A DNA stretch of 64,000 nt from Tubiluchus corallicola (Eukaryota; Animalia; Priapulida). Shown piece after piece: positions 1-12,220 of this stretch; the first letter of the stretch is position 1; the number at the start of each line of letters is the position of its first letter. The position numbers were made by a program, and so were the translations under genes. The stretch is from the NCBI GenBank assembly GCA_030141605.1, contig JAQGDQ010000656.1, forward strand, positions 54,041 to 118,040, written 5' to 3'. The notes beneath the pieces are model-generated. The model saw nothing but the letters and a program-made list of their open reading frames with translations, was not told the origin of the DNA and searched no databases.

Positions 1-168
1 ATTGTGGCTGATATGCCTGATTTCACTGGGCATGTCCTGCTCTGACCGAAGGTCATCAGGTTGTACATATGTGGTAAAATGCGCACCATCTTGTTAATGC
101 ATTTCTCCGTGTCGTAACCTTACGAGAAAAATAAGTCTCGTCATTAACTTGTGTGTTTATTCGTCTAG

Positions 169-294
169 AAATGGGTGTCTGTACACAATGCCTACCTCTG
201 CGATCTGACTAGACTACGTGCTGTCACGTTTGAGGAAGCCAAGAAGGCGGTCTCCAGAGTCATTTTGGTGGAACCAGGCACGACCTTAACAGAG
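169..294 (+). CDS. Internal coding exon of an unidentified plus-strand multi-exon gene (KWVSVHNAYLCDLTRLRAVTFEEAKKAVSRVILVEPGTTLTE)
   Basis: Acceptor gtgtgtttattcgtctag (AG 167-168) and donor AG|gtaagt (295). 126 nt, phase 0-0, the only open frame, in frame with the exon at 1824. Confidence 0.7.
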
Positions 295-344
295 GTAAGT
301 AGAGAAAGTCTTACCGGGACGCATGGTGCGCACAAATTGTCAAC

Positions 345-710
345 ACACAATTATCAGCCTATTCATACACTAACAGATTATCAAAACTCATATTGGAACA
401 CTTAGAATTAAGACGCATTTATAATGATCTAATTATGTGCTATAGAATAATTCATGGTGACATATCAATCTCAAATGAATCTTTTTTGACTTTGCCCCAG
501 TTGCAAATATTACAAGGGGCCACCACTTGAAATTACAAGTGAAAAAAGCTCACTTAATTGCTTCAAACATTTCTTCAGCAACAGAGTTGTAAGTTTATGA
601 AATAGACTACCATTACATGTGAATGATGCTCCAACCGTAAATACTTACAACCGAAAATTATTTAAAAAACGGCTGTGTCATGTTGATTTTAATAAATTTT
701 TACCTTTTAA
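345..710 (+). mobile_element. Degenerate 3' fragment of a CR1-clade LINE ORF2
   Basis: Broken translation LELRRIYNDLIMCYRIIHG...TRGHHLKL...FFSNRVVSL(W)NRLP...FKKRL, the typical CR1 C-terminus. Confidence 0.8.
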
Positions 711-1823
711 TGGCACCTATTTTCGTTCTTTAAGTTTTTACCGCAATCTTCTACTTGTATTTTTATCATCACAATGTTTGAATTTGCGCTGTTTTTCTAG
801 TGGTCCTTTATTATTTCATTTCACTTTTTAACTGCCTTGTCCCTCAAGTATTGCACTCTGAAGATTACGACATAAATAAACTTGAGAGGCAAAGAATTGA
901 GGAGTAAGCAGCCGAAACTCGACTCTCAAGTTCCTCCTGAGGACTCCAAAAACCTGTATTTGTATTTGTTTTTTGTCTTCCTTACTCCTTTCATAACATA
1001 TTCCTTGCAAAATATTATAACTATACGCATACAAAATTTCTCTCCATTAATACAAACTATTTTATGATTATAATTACACTCCTGCAAAAATGAGAATGTA
1101 ATCGCCTCTCAAAAAACTAAAACTATAATAGGTAAACCTACTCCCATGACCTTCTTTCTCCAAACTGTGTTTTAGCGCTATCTTGTTCTTACTGACCTAC
1201 ATTACTTTTCCTTTTTCACATTTATTACATAATTCTTTTCTCTCTAGTACAAACTACATATACTAACAAATGCCAGGTGCCACTTGCTGGTCGGCCGCTG
1301 CTTTGCGATATGCTTCAGTACAACCTAAAGACATGTGCTCGCACCTAGCATAGCCTCTGTGGTTATCGCATTTCTAGGACCAATTTTTACCTTGGTTTTC
1401 ATAAACAATAAACAAATAAATAAATAAAAAGTGCTCTCAAAAAATTTGTTAGTTTGCACGTAATCAAATATATTTGAAATTTCAAAAACAGAATAAATGA
1501 CTAAAGCTGTAAAAGTTGTTGCATATGAATCAATATTAATACTACTGCTTAGTACTCTGATTATTATTGTTATTGCTGTTGCTATTATTAGGCATACTAG
1601 TACTGCTAGTCACCACTATCGCAACCACAGTAACTACAAGTAGCTGCAATTTTTCACTATCAAATTTAACATCTCCTGATGCAATTCACTGTTCAAAATT
1701 TCTATTTAATTCCTCAAAATTTCCGTTTAAATTTTACAAACTTTATTCAAATGTTCAAATGCTACATCGGCTGCTACTTTCGCTGCTCCTAGTACAATTA
1801 CTACTCCTACTTCCGCTCTGCAG

Positions 1824-1988
1824 GAACAAGAAGATGAATTACTAGAAGAGAGACAAAAAGCAGACTTCACCTGTCCAGACTGTGGCGCTGACATTGATGC
1901 CATGGATCTGTTCTACAGTCTAGAACAATCTACGAACATTTGTCTGGAGAATGCAGTGAAGCAAGTACAAGAAATTGAGTCTTTATTG
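1824..1988 (+). CDS. Internal coding exon (EQEDELLEERQKADFTCPDCGADIDAMDLFYSLEQSTNICLENAVKQVQEIESLL) with a CxxC motif
   Basis: Acceptor cttccgctctgcag and donor TG|gtaaga. 165 nt, phase 0-0, open, protein-like composition. Confidence 0.75.
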
Positions 1989-2281
1989 GTAAGAAAGTTG
2001 TTGTTACTGTTGTTGTTGTTGTTGTTGTTGCTTCATCTGAAGAGGGCAAGGTCACCAGTAAGGTTATGGGGAATGGGGTAATAGCAGCCTCTGTTTGAGT
2101 GGGTGGGTTCGTGTTTGATCCCTGAGAGGACGGGCTACAACGGCCCTGAAACTAACCCCTGCCCTCCCAATCTCGAATAATATAAAATTCAATACCCATG
2201 TTGCTATTTTTACTAATTCGTTAATTAATTATTTCGTTAATTAATTAGCAATCTCTGGAACACAAAAAGCGTTTTGAATGT

Positions 2282-2822
2282 TTCTAACGTGTTTGCGAAA
2301 ACGAAAATTGAAGTTCAGTTCTGCTGTGATATTCTACTAAAACTAAGCTTACATCAGAAACTAACATAATTTCCAAGAGCAAAAATATTCCACGAGCGTG
2401 TTGCACGTGTTTGCGAAAGCGAAAATTGAAGTACAGTGCTACTGTAAGATATTCAGTGTGTTGTACTAAAACTAGGCAAGATTTAAGATAAAAATTCAAA
2501 TTTTAAATTTGCCGCTGTGCTCACGCATGAGCTGTCGAACGTGTGTAGTTCATCACAAACTAACACATCTTAATTGAAAGGTACAGCACCTGGTTTTGTG
2601 CAACGCGTTTTCAAAATGCAGATGCTAGTGTTCGTCTAACTAGCGAATTGCGAAATGCATGTAACAGTGGAGAACTAGTGACGCGAACGTGAAATTGTGT
2701 TTGTGTGGTAATAACTCACTTCACGTGAGTCATTTTTTGAAGAAACTGTATGTTTCCTTTCAATATTTTAAAGAGTAGATCGTTTTGACTTACAGTTTAA
2801 GATTTGGTCCGGTTTTGCTTAA
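2282..2822 (+). mobile_element. Truncated/rearranged copy of TTAA MITE family A
   Basis: Colinear with 4060-4434+5544-5640 and with the reverse complement of 61213-61680; ends ...TCCGGTTTTGCTTAA. Confidence 0.8.
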
Positions 2823-3180
2823 GTGTAACGAATTCTACAAGGATTCGCTATTGCAGTTCTGCTCAACATCAAAGGTACCTAAAATCTTATCGTTAATAAA
2901 CACTTAATCTACCTAAAAAAACTCCTTTCTAAACACTAAGTTGCCTTGGAAACCACAGAGCTCTCTACTACACAGCGCTAGATATTTTATAACCTCTGGA
3001 TTGCCACGGTGTCCATTAGTGGTTTCTTTACCACTTCATAATGCAAACGTATTGGCTCATTGCTATGCCGCTAATTAGTAAAACTTGCAAGTAATACAGG
3101 TATGCCGAGCCGATGCAATTCTCCGATGTCTTTTAAGTCTATTGCGAGTAACTTAAAGGAAAGTAAAGCCTTGAATGAAT

Positions 3181-3312
3181 GAATAGATGGATGGCGGGCG
3201 GGCGGGCGGACGGACGGACGGACGGACGGACGGACGGACGGACGGACGGACGGACGGACGGACGGACGGACGGACGGACGGACGGACGGATGGATGGATG
3301 GATGGATGGATG
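3181..3312. repeat. Compound tetranucleotide microsatellite (GGCG)n(GGAC)n(GGAT)n
   Basis: Directly visible. Confidence 0.95.
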
Positions 3313-3426
3313 AAATAATGAATAAATTAATTAATGTACAAATAGCAGACAGATGGACAAACGTACAATCAAACGAGTTGACACATCAGTTTTAACGATT
3401 ATGATAATCAAGCATTTTTCTTGCAG

Positions 3427-3474
3427 GCACTTGAAAATTCGGGCAGCAATGCAGAAATACAAAATGAAAATTAA
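3427..3474 (+). CDS. Terminal coding exon of the plus-strand gene (ALENSGSNAEIQNEN*)
   Basis: Acceptor catttttcttgcag, phase 0, TAA at 3472-3474; AATAAA at 3602-3607. Confidence 0.6.
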   Translation, partial: ALENSGSNAEIQNEN

Positions 3475-3694
3475 TAAGCTTTCCTTCTGCTAGCCACATG
3501 GAGGTTCTTCAAATTGTGCAAGAATGTGATTGATATTTGTGCGCCAACAAATTTGTATTGATAAAAATGACAAGAAAAACTTGAAATCTTGCTTCAAGCT
3601 GAATAAATGTTTAAACAATCCAGACAAAATGTGCTGTTTGCTTCTGATTATTTCCTATTAAACATTAAACATTGATTACAGTTTACAGTTGCAG

Positions 3695-3861
3695 TTAGTC
3701 AAGTTTAAAACGTGCAAAAGTAACTACACACTCGCGCTCTGAGTCCTGTGTGTCTTGAAAATAAGCATTTACGTAAAGCAGCAGTAATCCTAATTCGAAT
3801 AACCAAAGAAAAGCTTCGCGGAAGAACATATTTATTGTTGGTGCCATTGCCTCTGTATTAC
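3695..3861 (-). CDS. Terminal exon 3 of the minus-strand two-TM orphan gene (GNTEAMAPTINMFFREAFLWLFELGLLLLYVNAYFQDTQDSERECVVTFARFKLD*)
   Basis: Acceptor tctcgtctttgtcttaagacag; phase 1 matches exon 2; 54 open codons to TAA; contains a hydrophobic TM-like stretch. Confidence 0.6.
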
Positions 3862-3902
3862 CTGTCTTAAGACAAAGACGAGATTTATTTACCGTCGTTC
3901 AT

Positions 3903-5640
3903 TTAAAAAAAGACGGGATGATTTTTCATGTACTACCCCATTTCAAGTCCGATAAAAAACATACATTTTAACACATTTAATACTGGAAAAGCGTTTCTGA
4001 TAATTAAATAATAGATTAAAAAGTTAATTAACGGCGGGCGAGCTCAACTATTGATGACATCACAAACTAACATAATTTTCAACAGCAAAAATATCCTACG
4101 AGCGTGTTGGACGTGTTTACGAAAGCGAAAATTGAAGTACAGTACTACTGTCAGATATTGAGTGTGTCGTACTAAAACTAAGCAAGTTTTAAGATAAAAA
4201 TTCAATTTCAAATTTACAGCTGTGCTCACACACGAGCTGTCAAAGGTGTGTACTTCGTCACGAAATAACACATCTGAACTGAGAAATGCAGTACCTGTTT
4301 TTGTGAAATGCGATTCCGAAATGCAGGCGCTAGTGCCCGTCTAACTAGCGAATGGCAAAATGCATGTAACAGCGAAGAACTAGTGGCGCGAATGCGAAAT
4401 TGTGTTTGTGTGGTAATAATATTTTCACGTAAGTATCGCTGTATTGCTGAACCTGTACTTTATATGTTTAACAAGTCATTTTCAACAGGTATAGTCCCAG
4501 ACTCTCTGAAAATAGCTAAGGTTAATCCAATTTTTAAAACTGGTGATAAGTCCCAGTTTCAAAATTATAGACCCATTTAAATTCTTCCCTGTTTTTCCAA
4601 AATTCTTGAAAGACTAATGTGTAATAGACTACTAAGTTTCATTAAAAAAACATATTATATAGCAAACAACTAGGCTTTAGACAAAACCACTCCACTTACA
4701 TGGCTCTACTTGAACTTCTTGATTTAATATCAAATGCAATTGACAATAATGAATTTACAATTGGTATTTTTATTGATTTATCTAAGGCCTTTGATACTAT
4801 TGACCATCAAATACTCTTAGATAAATTAAACAACTATGGTGTCAGAGGGCTACCTTTACAGTGGTTTACAAATTATTTACACAACAATTCATACTAATTA
4901 AGAACACATTTTCTTCTTTGAAGCAAATCAACTATGGTGTCCCCCAAGGCTCAATCTTAGGTCCATTGCTTTTTCTTCTCTATATTAACGATCTCCACAA
5001 TGTCTCCACTCTGCTAGACTTCATTTTATTTGCCGATGGTACTAACATATTCTATAGTCACTCAAGCTATGAATCAATGATAAATACTGTAAACCAAGAA
5101 CTTGTACACACCTCCACCTGGTTATCACTGGCTAATAAGTTATCACTGAATATTGAAAAAAACCAAATTTATTGTATTCACAATGCCAACTCGCTGTCCA
5201 TATTTAACAAAATTATAAATTAAACTTACTTGAAACATATAACTGATCACTCAATCATGATTTGTTGTTTTTCATTTTCAAAAACTTCCCCTCTAGTATA
5301 ATAATATTTTTATTACTTCCCACCCGTATTTATATTTGTATATATCGTAATATTGTGTCTGTATATATTGCAATTTTTTTCGTAACTAATTCTAGTGGCC
5401 TACCATACGCTGGCTTCTTAGGTCTCTAGCGCAAAATTCATGAATTGTATCATATGTTTGTATTAACAAAAACTGATTATCGTGCACATGTAATGTACAT
5501 GTATATGTTTATTGCGAAATAAATCTATTAAATCTAAAAAATCTAAGTCATTTTTGAAAAAATAATGTGTTCTCTTTCAATATTTTAAAGAGTAGATTGT
5601 TTTGACTTACAGTTTAACATTGGGTCCGGTTTTGCTTTAA
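3903..5640 (+). mobile_element. Full-length TTAA MITE family A (Kolobok/T2-like), split by a LINE insertion
   Basis: TTAA at 3903-3906 and 5637-5640 with imperfect TIRs. Removing 4435-5548 restores the sequence of the intact copy at 61213-61821 (reverse complement). Confidence 0.85.
4435..5543 (+). mobile_element. 5'-truncated L2/CR1-group LINE with a disrupted reverse transcriptase
   Basis: RT motifs KIAKVNPIFKTGD...NYRPI, FIDLSKAFDTIDH, GVPQGSILGPLLFLLYINDL, LFADGT with stops and frameshifts. 3' tail of AAATCT(A) repeats; TAAGT duplicated at 4430-4434 and 5544-5548. Confidence 0.92.
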
Positions 5641-5729
5641 CAGAACATTAGCACTAACGGCTATTTAGCGACAAACGTTTACAACAATGCAGGTACGGAC
5701 CAACTCACATATAACAAGTAGGATATATG

Positions 5730-5805
5730 CGTTTCCAGGCGTTAGTATCGAACTCAAGACTGCATTTTGCTGCCAGAAATCTAAACCACTCGGCCACTCA
5801 ACCCA
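5730..5805 (-). mobile_element. tRNA-derived SINE head
   Basis: Minus strand has an A-box TGGCCGAGTGG and a B-box-like GAGTTCGATAC; no intact cloverleaf seen. Confidence 0.55.
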
Positions 5806-5960
5806 GGACGGTACAATGAGAAAGTGTTGGTAGCTTTTAGAGTTAGCCAGACGAATGGATGCATAGATGCGCTATTTTTAAGACTAAACAACGCAGCCTA
5901 CGCTACCAGTAACATTTCTGCGAGTTGACAGTCTCGTTATAAATTCGTGAAGCGTGTTAC

Positions 5961-6062
5961 CAGTCAAAAAAGACGTGGAATTCGTGAGGCAGGCAGCTGC
6001 TACTTCAGAATCTCGGATGATTTGCGCAAAGGACGTAATATCCAATACACCTCTGCAGCCAA
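5961..6062 (-). CDS. Exon 2 of the minus-strand orphan gene (VGCRGVLDITSFAQIIRDSEVAAACLTNSTSFLT); alternative donor at 5907
   Basis: Acceptor tttttgctgtacaatag; donor ACTG|gtaaca (or ACTG|gtagcg 54 nt further). Phase 1-1, open. Confidence 0.6.
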
Positions 6063-6524
6063 CTATTGTACAGCAAAAACCCATATAATTCGTGCGCTGG
6101 TTTTAAATACTGTCAATTGACTTTGCAGACGAGATTTAAAGGAGTATAAACCGAAAATGAGAGAAGCAGAAATTAACGAACGAAAGTAGAAACAAAGAGG
6201 AAAAAGAGGCGGGAGGTCGAAAAACAGAAATAATGAAAAATGAAGAATGGATAGATGGATGGGAAGAGAAGAAAATGAAGGCAATGGCAGGGTAAAAAAG
6301 GCGGATAAAACAACGGGAGGAAGGGGAAAAGAATTTGCATGAGAATAAAGAGGATGAAAAGGGAAGGTAAAAAGAAGAGAAAAGGGAAGACGAGGAGTAA
6401 CGTTCGCTCTGCTTTTTTCAACTGTCCGATGCTGGGTTCCAAAACATTTATCATTTTTGTTTCCGAAGTTTCTGCATTGTCTATTTTGATATGGTGACTT
6501 GTGCCAAAAATTAACAGCAAACTA

Positions 6525-7120
6525 GACCACTGACCGGTGACCTTGACCTTGACCTTTTAAGTTAAAGTCGCTGTCCAATATAACTTCATGTGGACTTTTC
6601 TCATGGGATGAAGTTATAGTCTGTTTAGAATTATTGTAAACGGCTGCCAAACTTAGAAATTCATCCTTTACATGTTCAACCCTATTTCCCAGCATACGTT
6701 TACGTGAAATATGTTTGCCAACCCAACTTAGGACCACTTGCTAGACATTTGCCCGTTTTCAGTCACCCGTTGTGAAAATCTAGGAGTGCAAAGAGTCAAT
6801 TTATGAAACAAATTGCTCTTTGACCTTAAAGTTAACCTTGTCAAGGTCACCAGTTACTGACCTAAATACCTACTCAAGCTCACCAAGGACTGATCTAAGC
6901 GACCTAGCTAAGGTTAACTATTACTGACCTTGAACGGCTTAGGAAAAGGTAAGCAATTGCTGCCCTTTAACAGCTTAGCCAAGATCAAAAAGTACTAACC
7001 TAGGCGAGTTAGCCTAGATCAAAATTATTGACCTCAAACGGCTTTGCCAAGGTCAAAAAGTACTATCCTAAGCTAATCAGCCAACATCAACGATTACTGA
7101 CCTTAAACGACTTAGCAAAC
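6525..7120. repeat. Degenerate TGACCTTGACC/AAGGTCA-rich repeat, probably a transposon-derived relic
   Basis: Many TGACCT/AGGTCA motifs in both orientations, with loose periodicity at 6850-7115. Confidence 0.5.
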
Positions 7121-7172
7121 GAGTAGCACACCCGGTAACACTCACGTATTAAAAACACAACTCGTGCCTTAC

Positions 7173-7374
7173 CAAAAAGAGCATAGATCAGCACAACTAT
7201 GTAACATGCAGCAAAAATGTAGGAATCCTTATGGCTCACTCCCTGCAGAATCTCCTCGCATATGTTCAGGTCAAAGTTCAAGTTTTCTAGCGTAGCTTTG
7301 TCTACTTTCTTCAAGAAAGAACACGCTTCGGTGATGTTTTCAATAACCTGACGTACTGCGTCCACTTCTGCCAT
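7173..7374 (-). CDS. First coding exon of the minus-strand orphan gene (MAEVDAVRQV...SYIFAACYIVVLIYALF)
   Basis: Strong start context caacaaacATGG; 67 codons + 1 nt; donor TTG|gtaagg; ends in a TM-like stretch. Confidence 0.7.
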
Positions 7375-8381
7375 GTTTGTTGCATTGTGACATCACCAAA
7401 AAACTGCACTGTTTGTAACAATGTTGGGCAACTTCAACAACATAATACTACTCAGCGTAACTTAACCATTGCTGCTTCGCTTGATTAACACTGTTTTAAA
7501 TGTGGAAAATTCTGCTGATCTGTTTCATGTCTACACTGAGTCTATGACGAAAGTCCTTTATGACTTTAACCGCAACAGCTAACCACTGGTCAAAGTTATG
7601 TCTGCACTGAGCAACGTCTTTACTCACACACGTAGTTTCGCAGAAGTGGACATCTTATTTGTTCAACTCTGTGTTCACGTAACACGTTTCACTTCTTCAA
7701 GTCTGACAAAGTTTTCCTGTCGACCTGTTTATCCAACTGCTTTACGCGCCATTTTTCTCTTGCATTCCCGATGAACTCCATGATCGAAGTAGCCGATTGG
7801 GCAACTTTTTTCAATATTTAACTTTTCCCTAATATTTAGTCATTTTACTAATAATTATGCAGAACTTCAACGTTAAAAATAAAACAAAAACACCCGTCTT
7901 TTGATTATTGGAGCAAACTTCTATTTAGCTGTTCTGCTAGGCACTTTACACCACTTATTCTATTAGACGCGAGTCTATACGACGCGCAAACTTAGTTTAG
8001 CTCTTAATCTAAACATTCTTCAATGCCTGAAGACATGCGCAGACTTGAGACATAACGGGTTTTCACATTCATCGCTCAATAGCCGAGTTACACGCATCTA
8101 GGAGTTCAGCTTCATTCAGTAAAACGCTCAGATTCATGTCCAATGGTTTCATTAAACACGTGACATGTCACTACAGGTTTTTCTTTCAAAATGCAGTATA
8201 ATCCTTGCTAATACTAGATAAATAAATAGTACGTTATTAGTATTAAGCTTAGCCGCATCACTCTTCACAGGAAAATAATTCTTAGTACAAATTATTTAAT
8301 ATTTAATACTTACGGCGCCTTCATAGTTTTCTATCTGAGAACGAACTCGCAAGTTTGAGCGGCTTTGTGAGAACCGTCGCC

Positions 8382-9050
8382 AGAGTGTCAATTTGCGCTT
8401 ACTGTCGGAGAGAACTACCCCAGCAAACTGTCGCCAGCTTTGCTGAGTGTCAATTCACACTTACTGTCGGAGAGAACTACACCAGCAAACTGTCGCCAGC
8501 TTCGCTGAGTGTCAATTCGCGCTTACTGACGGAGAGAACTACACCAGCAAACTGTCGCCAGCTTTGCTGAGTGTCAATTCGCGCTTACTGTCGGAGAGAA
8601 CTACCCCAGCAAACTGTCGCCAGCTTTGCTGAGTGTCAATTCGCACTTACTGTCAGAGAGAACTACACCAGCAAACTGTTGCCAGCTTTGCTGAGTGTGA
8701 ATTCGCAATTACTGTCGGAGAGACTTACACCAGCAAACTGTCGCCAGCTTTGCTGAGTGTCAGTTTGTGCTTACTGTCGGAGAGAACTACACCAGCAAAC
8801 TGTCGCCAACTTTGCTGAGTGTCAATTCGCGCTTACTGTCGGAGAGAACTACACCAGCAAACTGTTGCCAGCTTTGCTGAGTGTGAATTCGCAGTTACTG
8901 ACGGAGAGAACTACACCAGCAAACTGTCGCCAGCTTTGCTGAGTGTCAATTCGCGCTTACTGTCGGAGAGAACTACGCCAGCAAACTGTCGCCAGCTTTG
9001 CTGAGTGTGAATTCTCGCTTACTGTCTGAGAGAACTACACCAGCAAACTC
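8382..9050. repeat. 62-bp minisatellite, ~11 copies
   Basis: Unit GAGTGTCAATTCGCGCTTACTGTCGGAGAGAACTACACCAGCAAACTGTCGCCAGCTTTGCT; explains the six overlapping ORFs here. Confidence 0.95.
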
Positions 9051-9329
9051 TCGGAGAGTTTGCAAAAGCTTGGTCGTCAGAATTCGCAAAGCAGTTCACA
9101 CGAGTTTTCTGTCAGAGAGTCTGCTAGTCTGAACGCGCTTATAGTCCATAAACTAAGACAAAGGCATTCGTTCGCTTGGTCTGTTTGATTGGGCAGTTCT
9201 ATAGTCAGTTACGTACACCTGACGAAGCTATCATGTCAGAACTTAGATAAGAGGTCAAGTACCAATAACTGTACTATCACCTACATGCTGCCTTATTGCA
9301 CATAGCGCTTGTGTTATCAGTAACGTTGT

Positions 9330-9635
9330 ATAAAACTTTTAATTTTAAATTCCGATGACTACCGTTGGTCGCAGCCATTTTCAGGTCATTCGTTTTAAAC
9401 ATGTTTAGGTAACATAGCATGTAACTTGAAAAAGTAATCGCAGCATTTGTAGTTCACACATCACTAAGAAAGCAGAAGTAAATTACTTTTTCTTGTCAAT
9501 AAGACTAAATAGTCAGGTTTTTTTTGGTGAATCAGCAGTACTCACTGGAAAGGTAAGTCTGTGACATTTTACCGTTTCGCTCTAACGTTTTAAATTTACT
9601 TTTCTATTTACATATGTATTTCAAGCAGGTAAGTG
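9330..9635 (+). mobile_element. Diverged partial copy of MITE family B
   Basis: Colinear with 10780-11095 (CAGCCATTTT...CTTGTCAATAAGA...TCAAGCAGGTAAG). Confidence 0.6.
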
Positions 9636-10657
9636 TGGTTGCTAAGTGTGGTTGCTAGCGGCACCTAGTTAACGTTTGTGAAATCTTTTTAGTTTCAACC
9701 TTGTTTAACTTTGTCATTCATTACAGCCAATCAGATGTCAGAAGCCAAATTTGGGTATAGTCACGTGACTTTCATGACCTGCTTTACCTGTTCATACTTA
9801 CACGTATGCGATTAGCTTTTTCTTACTGCCGTAGTTCTGGTGAACTCACTAAATACTGTTTTGTTATCCAGGATGCAAATTAATCACCAAATTTTAAATT
9901 CAGTTAATTAATTTAGACTAAATTATCTTTATCTCGTAGATTAACGCAATAACCTGCTATTTTGCTATAGATCAGAAATCGATTAGGCTATTATTGGAAA
10001 CATTTCATATTTTTACTTAGCTGCTGTAATTTTCACCTGTTAATCTGTTAATTATTTTTCCATTGTTCGCTTCTCTTTGTTGTTCAATCACATTTTTATA
10101 CTGAATAAATTAATTTCGGGGGGTTTCGCACCAGGTAATGCCAGAGTAAGATTTTTTGGATATTTTACTTGGGCGCATCCGCACTAAGCAATATAACTTT
10201 GTGTGAAAATTTTTAATTTTTGCTTTTGGAACGTAGTTTATAAATGTCATTACAAACTGCGTCAGTTTTCATTCAGCATGAAAATAATTTGTCAACGGCT
10301 TCATTGTGCGATAAGGACGCGCTGCGGTGACTTTCAGTCGACGTAACAATAATTTTGCAGATCAACCTTGGAGTTTTAACTATTAAAACTAATTAAAAAT
10401 AGAGAGACAATCCCAGATCCTGTGCAGCATCTGAAGCATGAAAAGTCATAGCTAAAGATCCAGGTCTTGGGATTATTATTAAGTGGGAATGGAAGTCCAA
10501 TAAGAAATAGTAACACCAGCGAAGCAGTAAACAAAGTCATGAAATTTTTTCTGGCTGTTTCGATCAGCCATCCTCAGCAAATTAAAGGCTACAAACAAAA
10601 ATGGAATGGATCTAAAAATAACAAAATAGCACAAACATTTCTTTTTACTTTAAGTTG

Positions 10658-11336
10658 TTAAAGCGCAAGAAAACGCTCTACTTACATAAAGCTTAAAAAA
10701 TTCGTCTTGAAAGTTTGTACCACTTACATACTACATTTTACTTTTTGCACACAGGACTTGCGTCGGTAGTAATACTGTATAAAACATGTAAATTTAAACT
10801 CCAGCGATGACCGTTAGGTGCAGCCATTTTGACGATAAGTCATTGGAAACAAGTTTAAATAACACCGAGTAAAGTTGGAGAAAATAATCAGAGCATTCGT
10901 AGCGCACACGTCATTAATTAAGTAAAATCTTAAACTACTCTATCTTGTCAATAAGATGAAAAATACGTTTTTGGTTAGTGAGTGGTGCACCTTGGAGGGT
11001 CAGTCAGCAATATTTTACCAACTGGTGAAAGCATTTTAAATAATTAATAATAATTATCTTTTCTAGTTAAATAAGTCTTTCAAGCAGGTAAGCGAAAAAC
11101 TAAGTAACATAACTTTGCATGGAAAGTTTTTTGTGGCATAGTTTGACATTTCCTTTTCCTGCTTACGTTGTGCGTATATGACGTCATGTAGCGGCGCAGG
11201 AAAATTTAAATTGAAAACAAACAAAAATCCTCTCAACTCGAGTACAATATATGCATAAAGTTCTTATAAAGTAATATAATTTTTCAAGGCAATTTTTCTG
11301 AAACCTACTTCAGATACCCCTTTTCTTGTCCTTTAA
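10658..11336 (+). mobile_element. Full-length TTAA MITE family B (Kolobok/T2-like)
   Basis: TTAA|AGCGCAAGAAAA ... TTTTCTTGTCCT|TTAA termini; related pieces at 9330, 42420, 42822 and 58600. Confidence 0.75.
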
Positions 11337-11589
11337 TAATGCATAGAGAATGCACTGTCTATACAACTTTGTTATTTTCAGTAAAAGTCTGAAACGCTTT
11401 GTACGACATCAGGCCATTTTCCCCAAGTTTCTTGTCACTAGTTTTTGGCAAGAAAGACTGTTCTGTGTAGAAAACTTTTTTTATTTGTTGTGTTTGTTTA
11501 TTTTTGTTCTATAGTAATGTTAAACGGTTTGTTTTTTCTGGACGTAAAATGGACGTTACTATAATAAAATATTCTTGTCAATAAATTAT

Positions 11590-12220
<631 letters not shown>

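Noticed and set aside
1-118. Open minus-strand frame after tttttctcgtaag (GYDTEKCINKMVRILPHMYNLMTF...) as exon 3 of the minus gene; also a plus-strand candidate exon 1-73 (LWLICLISLGMSCSDRRSSGCTYV|gtaaaa)
   Set aside because: A nearer, stronger CAG acceptor at 3861 gives a clean terminal exon. The two candidates overlap and are cut by the window edge, so neither can be supported.
8355-9004. Six similar 61-71-aa ORFs / CRISPR-like regularity
   Set aside because: They are products of a 62-bp tandem repeat with no unique spacers, no cas genes and a eukaryotic context.
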